This document shows, piece by piece, positions 1 through 12,410 of a stretch of 64,000 nucleotides of DNA. Position 1 is the stretch's first letter. Every line of letters begins with the position of its first letter. The DNA is from Chiloscyllium plagiosum (Eukaryota), in contig NC_057719.1 in the NCBI RefSeq assembly GCF_004010195.1, positions 75,073,960 through 75,137,959 of the forward strand, read 5' to 3'. A program made the translations under genes and the position numbers. The notes beneath the pieces were generated by a model, which did no database searches, had not been told where the DNA came from, and saw nothing but the letters and a program-made list of their open reading frames with translations.

Positions 1-408
1 TATCCCTCCAAACCCTTCCTATTCATATACCCATCCAAATACCTTTTAAATGTTGTAATTGTACCAGCCTCCACCACTTCCTCTGGCAACTCATTCCATA
101 CACGTACCACCCTCTGCGTGAAAAAGTTGCTCCTTAGGTCTCTTTTATATCTTTCCCCTCTCACCCTAAACCTATGCCGTCTAGTTCTGGACTCACACAT
201 TCCAGGGAACAGACTTTGTCTATTTATCCTATCCATGCCCCTCATAATTTTGTGAACCTCTATAAGGTCACCCCTCAGCCTCCAACACTCCAGGGAAAAC
301 AGCCCCAGTCTGTTCAGTCTCTCCCTATAGTTCAAATCCTCCAACCCTGGCAACATCCTTGTAAATCTTTTCTGAACCCTTTCAAATTTCACAACATCTT
401 TCCGATAA
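1..408 (-). mobile_element. CR1/HER1-type LINE 3' fragment
   Basis: The minus strand matches the CR1 ORF2 C-terminus (RLRGDLIEV, FFTQRVVRVWNELPEEVVEA), repeated many times in this window. Confidence 0.9.
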
Positions 409-429
409 GAGAAGTTTTTTTTGCTAGAT

Positions 430-2160
430 GTGGAAGGTTTGAGAGATCCCGCCTTACATAAAGTGCACAGCCTTCCCAGTTAAAGCTGTGAATGGCTCCT
501 GAGTACTCCTGCCTGCACAATAGGCTGCTTTGTGAGAGCTTGCACACAGCAGGCAGGAATTTTCACAAAGTAAAGATCATGTCTTTTTATTTGTGTATTT
601 TGGGTAAGGAAATGCTTTAAAATCAAAGATTGCTGAAGGGAATGCTGCACTTTTTGAAGGCAGGCTATCAAGCACTCAGAGCAAGCACTGTTTACACTGT
701 TCAGTTGGTGAAGGAAAGTTCAGTTGCAAGTGAACTGGCAGCAGGGAGTGTGTACAAAATGAGATTCGGCTGAAGACAACTAGCTGATTAGTGTATGGAG
801 TGCTGGCCAGTAGTCAATAACAAAGGCCTTCTGCCTGCCAACAGCTATATGATTGGCTCCCCAGTCCTTGAATAGCTTGTGGATAAAAAGGATATAGCCA
901 GAAACGTTTGGACCTCTGATTTGGAATAGTATCCATCAGTCTACTCTCGATCATCAGCCTGGTGATGGAGGTGCCATCAATAATGCTAACAAACACTGTT
1001 CTGGTCACCCTGCTATAGGAAGGAGATTATTAACTTGAAGATGGTTCAGACAAGATTTACCAGGATGTTGCTGAGAATGGAGGGTTTGAGTTATAAGGAG
1101 AGGCTGGATAGACCGGGACTTTTTTCATTGGAGTTGAGAGGGTGATCTTATAGTGGTGTATAAAATCATGAGGGACATACATAAGATGAATACCAAAGGT
1201 CTTTTCCTTAGGATGGGGAAATTCAGAACTAGGAGGCATATTTTTAAGGTAAAAGGAGAAAGATTTAAAAGGGACCTGAGCAGTAACTTTTTCACACAGA
1301 GGGCGGTTTATATGTGGAATGGAACTGCCAGAGACAGTGGGAGATGTGGGTAGAGTTACAACATTTAAAAAACATTTGCATAAGGGACCTGAGCAGTAAC
1401 TTTTTCACACAGAGGGCGGTTTATATGTGGAATGGAACTGCCAGAGACAGTGGGAGATGTGGGTAGAGTTACAACATTTAAAAAACATTTGCATAGGTAC
1501 GTGAATCGGAAAGGTTTAGGAGGATATGGGCCAAAGACAGTCAAGTGGGGCTAGTTTAATTTGGGAAACTTGGTTGGCACGAATGAGTTGGACCGAAGGA
1601 TCTATTTCCATGCTGTACGCCTCTGTGGTGTCCCTTTCTCTGTCATGAAAAACACCCACAGCCTGTAGAAAGCTTTGTTTATTTCCCTGCAAGATGTCAC
1701 TTTTAACCAGTAGCTCAGAGACTTTGCAAGTTGTGAACCAGGAGCTCTGTACCTCCTGTAATCCAGAGGAGATACTTGGAGAAGAAAGATTGTGGAGCTG
1801 GACAAGCAAAACAATCATTTCAGCAATTCCTGTCGACAGTGCCCATTGAACTACCTTCCCAGTTTTGCCCTCCATTCGTAACAGCAAACTTTTTTGTGTC
1901 TGTATGTAGAGGGGGATTTATACAGTGTTAGACTTTTAGCAGTCATTGATGCTCACCTATAGCTAGAATCTGTTCATTTATAGATTACATAAATAATAAA
2001 TCATAATTCTTGTTAAGTACAGAAACCTGGTCCATGCTTTCTGTCAGCTTGCATCTAAAAGAGAGGTAACTTGGGGAAAGCTGTGTAGGTTAATAACATC
2101 TTTAACATTTGTGACAACTCTGGGAATAGCAGGACTTCATTCCCCCACGAGGCGTGACAG
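430..2160 (+). mobile_element. Possible solo-LTR-like element interrupted by a CR1 insertion
   Basis: Ends ...aacatttgtgacaactctgggaatagc...gaggcgtgaca (CA end), with AATAAA near 1995. The same 3' end occurs inverted at about 26600-26670. The 5' boundary is uncertain. Confidence 0.4.
1008..1625 (+). mobile_element. CR1 LINE 3' fragment containing a 113-bp tandem duplication
   Basis: CR1 ORF2 tail (VYKIMR...FKRDL...FFTQR) and 3'UTR. 1269-1381 is repeated at 1382-1494. Confidence 0.88.
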
Positions 2161-3129
2161 CACACTCATTGCTACAGCAATTGAAAGGAAGGTCTTGCAC
2201 TTAACATGTAGAGAAGGGAAGATGAGACAAAATTCATGGTATTTATGTCTGTCTAGTTGAGATTTTCAGACAGTGCACAGGTACATTTACAGATGATACC
2301 CTTGCTGGTGCTGATTCATACAATAAGACAAAACCCTAGGCCACTTGAGTCTATATTCTGGGCTTTTCCTCTCCTTTTCACGGTATTCTGAAATGGCTCT
2401 GCTACAGCTGGAGTCGATGGTATGGACATTCTAGCTCTGGTACCATCTGATTTCCCTGTCCTCGCTGTGCTATGTAGATATGTAAACCACAGTTTAGCTA
2501 AAGTTTAGTTGCTCCTGTCATAACTTGCATCAAGTCCTGCTCATCCAATATTCTACACTTGCTTCCAGCCTGCTAAAGCTTCAGATTTCAAATTCTCATC
2601 ATTGTGTTTGTACCTTCTACCTCTGCCAAGGTATAGCCTTCTGCAGCTTGACCCTCATCCAATTGTGCACAAGTCCTCTCACTTTGCTACCCACCAGTGG
2701 CATTCTTGCTTTACCCTCCATCAGGGCCATCAGCCCATCTAATATCTATTCTCCCTTCACTGGATGACAGTTTTTGTCTCTTTACTTCTCCGTGAAGTGG
2801 ACGGGAATATTTTCTATCTCAGAATCACTTCATCATGAGCTATATATTTTCTGGCCCTCAAATGTCCATTTAAAAGGATAAGTTTAAAACTGGTAAGCTC
2901 TCATGAGATGGGCACCACACGCTGATGGAATAAACCCCGAGATCCTTGTGTGAGAGTAGAGGCTGGTGATGAACCACCAGAGTGGTTATTTTCTGGAACA
3001 GTTTAAGGAGCTCCTGAGTTCACAGCCCCACCGTCCCTGAGCCAACCTTCCCCACCCTCGTGTGCCAGTCTCGCTGCGAGTGGAACAGTTTGAAATCCAC
3101 AGTGAGAGTCTTCATCAAGTCTTAAAATT

Positions 3130-3312
3130 TCTACAGTGTGGAAGCAGGTCATTCAGCCCATCGAGTCCTCAACAACCTCCGAAACAGCATCCTGCCCAGT
3201 CCCACCCCGCCATTGTTTCCCTGTAACCCTGCAGTTCCCATGGCTAACCCGCCTAGCCTCCACACCCCTGGACACTATGGGCAAGGTAGCATGGCTTAAT
3301 CTGCACACCTTT
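3130..3312 (-). mobile_element. HE1-like V-SINE 3' fragment
   Basis: Similar to the 3' half of the full-length SINE at 34976-35303. Confidence 0.7.
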
Positions 3313-4225
3313 GGGTCTTGTTGCCATTTTACCTGTTCCAACCACTTATGGGATTGCTGGTTTTCCTGGGGATCTCATTAAGTCTACACTTGGTATCCTT
3401 GTACACTAATTCTTCAATTTAGGAAACATTTTAGTTGCTAGTTGAACCAACATGTCTCAATTAAAAAAAAGTTTAGCAGTTCCCTTTTAAAACTGTCTCA
3501 TTAGGTTCAACCAAATGCCTTTAACATCCACAGAAATTAGATTGCACGCAAAGCAGAGCAAGGCTTGCCAATAGAAGGGCAAATGGAAGTCACCCCATGT
3601 CTTCCATGGTCAAATTTAATGACTGCATTGGTATAAAAGAAGGAGAGAGAGAGAGTAGATATAAGATCCCAAATGAACTTGCAGTTTGTTCATCATGTTT
3701 CCTGGTGTCTCAGCTGTCGAGATAATAGTACAATAGAGTCTGCTTCCAGCAGCTACTGAAACTAAGAGATTTCCACGACACAGTATTAGGTTGAGCTGCT
3801 AACGCACTGTAGAAACTTTTCTGGTGGCCTGTATTGTTCATATTATGTCAGTGGACTGTGTGGATGGAAGAGAGATGCTTTTTTGATGTTTAAAGGCCTC
3901 TAGTGGAATGTTGGAATTGACATGTCAATAGAAACTGGTGGTTTTGAATGATATTATCTTTATTGCTTATACAAATTCTACATATTGAGGAGAATGGTTA
4001 ATTGGGTAAAAACTGTCAAGTTTTAATTCTGAGAAAGCAAAGGCCTCAGTCATAGCAACCGCATCCTCAAGTGGAATGGACATGAAAAGGGAAACTGGTT
4101 AGCATCGAGGTGACTGAACATAAAGGAGAATATGAAAGCTCTTGTGATGCAGCGGTAGCATCCCTATCACTGAAATGGGAGACCCGGGTTGAAGTCCCAT
4201 CTACTCCAAAGGTGTATTATAACAA

Positions 4226-4411
4226 AATGTAGGAACAAATTACTGCAGTTCCTGGAATCTGTACTGAAAACAACAAATGCTGGAGATCACAGCGGGACAG
4301 GCAGCATCCATGAAGAGAGAGCAAGCTAATGTTTTGATTCGAGATGTTAGCTTGCTCTGACTCCATGGTTACTGCCTGACTCGCTGTGATCTCCAGCATT
4401 TGTTGTCTTCA
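4226..4411. mobile_element. Fold-back Penelope-derived non-autonomous insert
   Basis: Inverted arms (actgaaaacaacaaatgctggagatcacagcg ... cgctgtgatctccagcatttgttgtcttcagt). Flanked by gtgt(a/g)ttataacaa direct repeats at 4212-4225 and 4412-4425. Confidence 0.7.
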
Positions 4412-4534
4412 GTGTGTTATAACAACTTTGAACAGTTTGATGAAAAATACCCAAAGGATAACATGGGCAGCTTGATTGTTTCCTTTTCTGCTTAACAGCT
4501 TTACCATACTTTAATTTGGAAGCGCCATGTAAGA

Positions 4535-4910
4535 CCATTAGACATAGGAGCAGAAATTAGGCCATTCAGCCCATTGAGTCTGCTCTACCATTCAATCATG
4601 GCTGGTAAGGGCCTGAAGAAGGGCCTGTGCCCGAAACGTCGAATCTCCTGTTCCCTGGATGCTGCCTGACCTGCTGTGCTGTTCCAGCAATAAAGTTTCA
4701 ACTGATAAGTTTCTCAACCCATTCTCCTGCTTTCTCCCGTAACCCTTGATCCTCTTTACAATCAAGAAACCATCAATCTCCGTCTTAGTTATCCTCAATG
4801 ACCTGGCCTCCACAGCCTCTGTGGCAGTGAATTCCATAGATTCACCAATCTCTGCCTGAAGAGGTTTCTCCTTATCTCTGTTCTAAAAAGCCTTCCCTTT
4901 ATTCTAAGGG
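4535..4910 (-). mobile_element. CR1 LINE 3' end with a nested Penelope-terminal piece (about 4605-4702)
   Basis: Minus-strand AVEARSL...KTEIDGFLIVK plus the CR1 3'UTR. The insert carries cctgaagaagggcctgtgcccgaaacgtc. Confidence 0.8.
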
Positions 4911-7244
4911 AACCCAGAGCATCTGAAATCGAGGATGATTTGTTAATGCGGAACAATTCTTTCTTGCTGTGTTTGATGGGAGCAACGATCCAGTTACTCT
5001 GCTGTCAACTGAAATCAGTTGTGATACCTATCGGTGTATGAGATCCCTGAGTGCCCAGTATCTAACCCTTGAAGCCAAGGCAACCTGAAGTCACTGTATA
5101 TGCCTTGTCTATAATTGCAATATAATTTGATATTTAAATCCAAGTTGTTATTGTTTCAATTATGTTAACCTATAGATTTGGAAGGAACTTTCTTAGTGCT
5201 AGAATGTAATTGGTGAAGAAACCGTGAATCAAGGAGAGCTGGCAACTGCAGCAGCTTTGAGACATTTGCAAATTAAGGGGAATGTAAATGGAAACTTGGT
5301 GTGTTGTTAACAAGGTTCTATACTGCACCTTTACACGTAAAAACAAAACACTCAGATACTCGCAAGATTGTCAGATATTTATCAGATGGAGACACCTTCA
5401 ATTACCTTACAGTTTCAGCATCCTACACGGATTTTTGATCAAATTATGTAAAATTGTGCCAAAGAGAAGGGTTCTATGAAATGAAGGAAACAGGGTAGAA
5501 GCTTAATCAGCCTGACAACAATCAAACCTGTGGATCACAGAATCCTATTCTATAGGTGAGGCCCCATGCAATCAAGTACCCATGAGGCAGCGGAGAGGCC
5601 TTGCCCCACCATTAAGGACCCTGATGCCCGAAATCCTGACCAGTCGGAAGCCGCAGTGCCCATTGTCATCATCTTAAAACAGGACCAGTTGCAGCTCCTG
5701 GTAATATACCCACCGGAGGCTGAGGATAACCGAGGGAGTGCCTGATCAAATGAGAGGGGAGTGTCGATCACACGAAAGTGGAGGGAAGAGGGATTGGAGG
5801 GACCTTGATCCTCCCAAGTCCTACAATTGGGGACCAAGTGCCTGCCAGTAAGGTTCTGAGAGGTCTTTGGTGGCATGGAGAAGCCCCCCCTCCCCTTCAA
5901 GATTGCAGCAGACTGGGGGATAGTGCGTATTAATCGGCTCATTAATGAGCCTAATTGACATCACACCACCGGCAGGCAGGAATCCCACATTAGCCCTATC
6001 GTCTTGATCACGGTGAGAATTCCCCCACTGCTGGGAGACTGATGACAGTTATCCCCTATGATTAACTGGACACGGCTGCTGTGCTTCCTGCTGTGACGGG
6101 CTGGATTAACCTCTGCGTGAGAGAGAAAGAAAGAGCTTTAAAAATGTTACATTACTGCTTCCCGTAAAGATGTTGAATTCAGTAAGGGTGCTTCCATGAA
6201 ATTCCCTAAGCCAGTGTGCTGTGATGTCTGGTCTGCAGATTAGCAGTGTCTTGTACCTATTGTTCCTCTTTTTTTAAGTTTATCCCTCCCAGTTTGTTCA
6301 GAGTGAGTACAAGAGAAGTGAGCTTTGTGAGCGGAATTGTCATTATATGCCCAGGTCAGTTTGTTCAGGTGCACTTTTCAGAATTTCTTTCTCAACATAA
6401 TACCCGGTCAGATGTGTTTGATGTAGTATTAGTTGATGTTCTCTCCACCAGCTGCATTCGTTCAAGCTAAACATGATAAGAAAGCTCACACATTGTGGAG
6501 CGTTCCTCTTGCGTGGCAAAACACAAGAGAGGATTTAGTACAGATGACATGTTTTGAGGAGAAGATCTTGGCAGTAGCCTTTTGTGCTGCACGGTCTTGA
6601 TACAACATTGGGCTATGTTTGTCTTGCAGTAATGAGCTGATTCTCCTTTGATAATCAGAGACTGAATACATTAGAAATTGCTTCACTTCAGTCCCTCACA
6701 CAGGTGCTGCCTGGTGCATTTCAATATATTTAACAGGAAACCGATACGTATTTGCTGACATCGTGCTGAAGCAGTATTGATGCTGTACCTACCTACAAAT
6801 CCAAACTTGTTCTAAGCTCCCAGCTAGAAAACCACCATTCATACAGCAGTCTTTATGAATGTGCACACTTTAACGTTTTTAATAAGGTGTGGTGGGGAGA
6901 TCCGGGAGTTAGTTGAAAGCACCTTGGCTTCTCAGTGAACAGTACATAATAGCCCTTAATTATCTTTCATTCCTTCCCAACGTATAACTTTCAAGCTTTG
7001 TGTTAATTTTTGAAATCTTTCCCTTTTATTTGTCATGCACTCCCTCAAGAATTTAACATCTTCCAACCAAATCCTTTTCAGTGGTTTTTATGTCAGTTCC
7101 TGGTGGTTGACTTTGCAATTTTGTAATTAAATTTTCTTGCTGTTCTAAGCTGAAGTTTTCCTCAAAGTGAAATCTTTATCTTAGAGTTTCTATTCCCGAG
7201 ATTCTCAAATTACACATGCTATTGACCACAACTTGAATAAAGGT

Positions 7245-8433
7245 TATAGCTGTGTTTCTTTCTGTCTTACTAACTTGATTGAGTTTTTTGAAGAAATGAC
7301 AAAGATTGAAGAAGGCCGAGCGGTAGACAGTGTCTATATAGACGACAGGATGGCATTTGACAAGGTTCTGCATGGTAGAGTGGATAGTAAGACTAGATCA
7401 CATGGAATCCAGGCGGAGCCAGCCAATTGGATGCAAAATTGGCTTGAAGGTAGGAGACAGAAGATGATGGTGGAGGCTGTTTTTTGGACTGGAGGCCTAT
7501 GACCAGTGGTGTGCTGAAAGGATCAATGCTGAATCCACTGCTTTTTGTCATTTATGTAAATGATTTGGATGTGAATGTAGGAGGTATATAGTAAGTTTGC
7601 AGATGACACCAGGTTTGATGGTATAGTGGATGGTGAAAAAGGTTACTTCAGACTATAACAGGACCTTGATCAGATGGGCCAATGTGCCGAGGAGTTTAAT
7701 TTAGATAAATGTAAGGTGTTGCATTTTGGAGAGGCAAATCAGGGCAGGACTTATATACTAAATGGTAAGGTCCTGGGGAGTGTTGCCCAACAATGGAACT
7801 TGGAGTGCAGGTTCACAGTTCCTTGAAAGTGGAGACGCAGATAGACAGGGTGGTGAAGAAGGCGTGTGGCATGCTTGTCTTCATTGGTCAGTGCTTAGGA
7901 GTTGAGATGTCATGTTGTGGCTGTACAGGACATTGGTTAGGCCACTTGTGGTGCATTCCATTCTGGTGCCCCTGCTATAGGAAAAATGTTGTTAAACTTA
8001 AAAGGGTTCAGGAAAGGTTTACAGGGATGTTGCCAGGGAGAGGCTGAACAGGCTGGGTCTATTTGCCGCGGAGGCCGCAGGGTCACCTTATGAAGGCTTA
8101 TAAAACCATGAGGGGCATGGATAGGGTGAATTGCCAAGCTCTTTTTCCCAGGGTAGGGGAGTCCAAAACTGGACAGCATAGGTTTAAGGTGAGAGAGGAA
8201 AGAGTTAAAAGGACCTAAGGGGCAACTTTTCCACACAGAAGGTGGTGCATGTATGGAACAAACTGCCAGAGGAAGTGGTGGAAGCTGGTACAATTACAAC
8301 ATTTTAAAGGCATCTGAATGGGTGTATGAATAGGAAGGGTGTAGAGGCTGATTGCTGGCAAATGGGACTAGATCAGTTTAGGATAGCTGATTGGACCAAA
8401 GGGTCTGGTTCTGTGGTATACAACTCTATGACT
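7245..8433 (+). mobile_element. CR1 LINE RT/3' fragment (degenerate)
   Basis: CLTNLIEFFEEMTK...AFDKV, SKFADDT, ERVQ-like motifs with frameshifts, then the 3'UTR tail. Confidence 0.92.
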
Positions 8434-8444
8434 CCCAATCCAGA

Positions 8445-8800
8445 AATGTCAGCATGAAATCTAGACTGATAAGCTCTGTGTATTACTGATGGAGTGTGAT
8501 ACTCCTGGAAAGTTGTCTTTGCATTAAGACAAGCTGAGTTGCCATCTGCCCTGTCAGAGACATCTAAAAAGGCGAGGAAGGAGGGATGAAGCAGAACCTC
8601 TGTCTTATGTACTGGCTACGGTTTGATCCTCAACCAAAGTCACTACAAAAAAAAACCTAAGCATTAATTTCATTGCTACTTCTATGGCCTTGCTGTGCGT
8701 AAATTGGCCACATTTGATTAAAACATTACAGTAGTCCCTGCACTTAAGTAGTTAATTGGAAATGCAGTATTGTGAAGCAATGAAAGTACACTTGCAGAAC
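8445..8800 (+). mobile_element. Old Deu-domain SINE (SacSINE1-like)
   Basis: Degenerate match to Deu-core motifs (tactgatggagtg..., cttgctgtgcgtaaattggc). Related copies at about 12470-12700(-), 34330-34700(+), 47480-47740(-), 52045-52385(+) and 59260-59430(-). Confidence 0.55.
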
Positions 8801-8844
8801 CTGCTGGATGAAGCTGCTGAAAATGTATTTCATTGTGCAGAGAA

Positions 8845-9180
8845 ACCTTGATTGATTAATTTGATTTATTTTTGTCACGTACCGAGATACAGTGAAAAGT
8901 GTTGTTTCATGTGCACTACAGGCAGGTACCATACAGGGTGGCAGAACCAAGTGCAGAATACAGTGTTACAGCCGCAGAGAAGGTGCAGAGAGAGACAGAT
9001 CAGAATTAACATTTGAGAGGTCCATTCAGAGTCTGATAACAGCGAGGAAGAAACTGTTCTTGAATCTCATTGTACCTGTATTCAAACTTTTATATCTTCT
9101 GCCTGGAAGAATGTATAACCGGGATGGGAGGGGTCTTTGATTATCTTGGTTGCTTTCCCAAGGCAGCGGGAAGTGAAAAG
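8845..9180 (-). mobile_element. Rex1/Babar-clade LINE 3' fragment
   Basis: Minus-strand SRCLGKATKIIKDPSHPGYTFF is typical of the Rex1 ORF2 C-terminus. Tail of (aatc)n-like repeats. Confidence 0.7.
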
Positions 9181-10694
9181 TGTATCACCTGAAGTTGTTT
9201 TAAACATGATTTTGGATGGTTCAAACCAATAGCTTAATTCAGGATGGTGGAGATACACAGTGGAACAGTCCCACAGTGACACAGAATAATAACATATTTC
9301 TTTAGAAAGAGATTCATTGAGTATGAAAGGCATTATCATGGGAAGCAGTACTTTGACAACATTTAAGGTAAAATAAGAATAAGCAGGGACAATATTAGCT
9401 AAATGTAATAAATTTTAAATGGAGTGTCGGAATAAAGAGACCTCGGAGTCAGTACATTCAAATCTTTGACAGTGGCAGGGCAACTTAACAGAGAAAGCTG
9501 TTAAAGGGCATATCGGATTTTTAGCTTTATAAAGACTGGACAGAATACAAATGCAAGGGACTTATACTAACCCTCTATATGTCACTTTTATAAGTTTATA
9601 TGTTAGGTTCCACTTGGAGTTTTGTGCGCAATTTTCAATACCAATAAAGAACTAATATGTTGGTTCTGTACCAGCGTTGTTCTTTCAAACTTCAAGCCCA
9701 TGCCATTGCTGGGTTTATGGCTGTTTGGAACACTCTTCCAGCTCTGATGAACATTACTCTGTGCAGCGGAAAGGAAAGAGGAAAGTCAGGTGCTCGGTAT
9801 TTGACACCTTGTATCCAGGCAGGTTTTGATCTAGGATCCTGCTTTAAGGAAACCTGTGCACGAGTTTAACGGCAAAAATGCAGTCAGATGTTCAAAACTT
9901 CAATAGAAGAACAGATTTAATGCACAATGTAATCCATCGCAGAGGAATTATTCCATGCAGAGAGCCTTCTGGAAGTTCGACAGACTGTGGAGCAATTTGT
10001 CCTGTTTTCTCAGCTGAAGAAAGGTACATAACAGCAGGAGGCAACTTTAGGAGCTGAAAAAGGAAAAATATTGGATGAGCAAGTGGAATTGCAGTCGCCA
10101 GTATCTTACATTGGAACGTATTGGAAAAAGCACCATCACTATCCATCCTGCTGATTAGGCTGAATGGGTTCTGTCAGACATTCGCCTTTTAGTCACTTTA
10201 ATCTTTTCTAAATTGAAAACGTTCAACTAATCTCAGGAAATCGCCTCACTGGAGATTAGCATGACATCCTGTATCTATAGTGGAGATCCTGGATCTTAAT
10301 TTCTCCTCTTCCTGATCCCAACTCCCCCACTCTCCTCGAACTACCCTTACAATCCTTGCAATGCAAAATCATGCAACCATTAAATAATCATCCCCCGAGG
10401 TCTCAGTTAATGGTACCAGATGGTTGCACGTATTTCCACGTATATCCACATGTTCTATAATGCTTTGTGAAATCTGTACAACATCTGCCATGGAGGGAGG
10501 GGCAAGACCAAAAGAATTACTCAAAATGGAAGTGGAGGCTGGCGATTAGACAGTTACCTGATGCGGTGCAGTTTTCAGTGCTGGAAAAGTTCCAAAGGAA
10601 AATGCTTTGAGTTTCTGAGGGGATTTGGTTAGCAGATGACCTAATGAGGTTAGACAAAAATAAAGGCTTTCATTTCTGTAGGGCTTTTCGAAAT

Positions 10695-11128
10695 ATCATG
10701 ATGCGATAGAGTTAGGGTTCATGGATGATGAATTACAGGTTGCCCCTCCCTAGTCTGGCAACCTCTCTGATCCGACAATCTCTGTGTCAGTTTTGCTTGT
10801 AGTGGCAAGTGCGGTGATTTTTAATTCATATTACTTTCTGTCATACTCTTTCCAGTTTGAGTATCCTCTGTGCGGTGATGGCCAAGTGGTATTTTCACTA
10901 CATTGTTAATCATCATGATGCGATAGAGCTAGGGTTCATGGATGATGAATTACAGGTTGCCCCTCCCTAGTCTGGCAACCTCTCTGATTCGACAATCTCT
11001 GTGTCAGTTTTGCCTGTAGTGGCAAGTGCGGTGATTTTTAATTCATATTACTTTCTGTCATACTCTTTCCAGTTTGAGTATCCTCTGTGCGGTGATGGCC
11101 AAGTGGTATTTTCACTACATTGTTAATC
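10695..11128 (+). repeat. 217-bp tandem duplication (2 copies)
   Basis: 10695-10911 versus 10912-11128, with three C/T differences. Confidence 0.92.
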
Positions 11129-11302
11129 CAGAGGTCCAGGTAATGTTGTGGAGACCTGGAATCTGACAAAAGCAGATGGTGGAATTTGAACTCAATAAAA
11201 ATCTGGAATTAAGAGACAGCAATGTGGTTGACTCTTAACTGCTTTCTGGTCAATAAATGCTGGCCTCACCATTGATGCCTCATCCTGTGAATGAATAAAA
11301 CC
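11089..11302 (+). mobile_element. tRNA-headed shark SINE (second family), internally deleted
   Basis: Shares taatccagag...ggtggaatttgaa...gcaatgtggttgactcttaactg...caataaatgctggcct with 25445-25803. Other copies at about 20350-20590, 24800-25070, 37720-37880, 39005-39165 and 51180-51480(-). Confidence 0.65.
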
Positions 11303-11344
11303 AAATCCTGAATGTGGTGTCTAATTCAAAATTATTTATCCACT

Positions 11345-11553
11345 ACTCGTGTGATTTTTGTGCTGTAATGCGTGTTTCGTTAATGTGAATTTGCTGTAAC
11401 ATGATTGACAAACTGGGGACACTGTTTCTAAAGCGCAGACTCTTAAAACATGTTGGTTGTAATGCGATTACATCGCTGTTACTAAAGCACGATTTTTCTA
11501 CAACGCGGGTTTGCTCAAGAACACAACCATCACGTGGTAGAGGAACTACCTAT
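11345..11553 (+). mobile_element. Tigger/TcMar-like MITE remnant
   Basis: Repeated ctgtaacgcg-like motifs. A homologous inverted copy lies at about 19370-19495 (ggggac(a/g)ctgtttctaaagc). Confidence 0.5.
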
Positions 11554-11636
11554 AAGTCAAGGTGAGGTCTTTACTTGAAACTGTTTGTGCACTGAATATA
11601 CTGGCTACTTTCTATGGTGTGATGGTTTTATCAGAT

Positions 11637-12410
11637 GTTCAAAGTTTGTGCGAAGATTTGTAGCTCGGGTGCTCGTTGTTGTGGTTCTGTTCGCCGAGCT
11701 GGAAGTTTTTGTTGCAAACGTTTCGTCCCCTGGCTCGGCGACATCATCAGTGCTTGGGAGCCTCCTGCGAAGCGCTTCTTTGATGTTTCCTCCGGTGTTT
11801 ATAGTGGTCTGTCCCTGCCGCTTCCGGTTGTCAGTTTCAGCTGTCCGCTGTAGTGGTTGGTATATTGGGTCCAGGTCGATGTGTTTGTTGATGGAGTTTG
11901 TGGATGAATGCCATGCCTCTAGGAATTCCCTGGCTGTTCTCTGGGGAGAAAGTGAGGTCTGCAGATGCTGGAGATCAAAGTTGAAACTTTATTGCTGGAA
12001 CAGCACAGCAGGTCAGGTGTTGTTTCCTCCGGTGTTTATAGTGGTCTGTCCCTGCCGCTTCCGGTTGTCAGTTTCAGCTGTCCGCTGTAGTGGTTGGTAT
12101 ATTGGGTCCAGGTCGACGTCTTCTTTTTGCAGTTGTGTACTGCAGTGTGTTGTGGCCCTTTTGAATAGTGTCCTGATGCAGCTTCGTTTGTGTGTGTTGG
12201 GGTGGTTACTTTCATAGTTTAGGACTTGGTCTGTGTGTGTGGCTTTCCTGTATACTCTTGTAGTGAATTCTCCGTTCGGTGTTCTCTGTACCATCACGTC
12301 TAGGAATGTGAGTTGGCTATCCTTTTATTCTTCTCTCATGAATCGGATTCCTGTGAGTGTGGCGTTGATGATCCGGTGTGTTTTTTCTATTTCCGTGTTT
12401 TTAATGGTTT
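11637..12410 (-). mobile_element. Penelope-like retroelement remnant (RT thumb, GIY-YIG C-terminus and duplicated pseudo-LTR)
   Basis: Minus strand gives LTFLDVMV...TRVYRKATHTDQVLNYESNHP...KRSCIRTLFKRA (PLE RT end) and RTAREFLEAWHSSTNSINKHIDLDPIYQPL (endonuclease end). About 95 bp is duplicated (11783-11879 / 12021-12117). Confidence 0.85.
11714..11753 (-). ncRNA. Minimal type I hammerhead-ribozyme motif in the Penelope terminus
   Basis: Minus strand reads GCA-CUGAUGA-U-GUCgCC(gagcca)GGgGAC-GAAA-CG-UU-UGC: full core, helix I GCA/UGC, helix II and a loopless palindromic helix III (ACGU). Confidence 0.7.

Noticed and set aside
11585..12217. 210-aa ORF starting CTEYTGYFLWC, superficially like the thyroglobulin-domain CHxxTGYCWC of SMOC
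   Set aside because: The remainder is the antisense of a Penelope remnant. The CWCV motif and suitable splice sites are missing.
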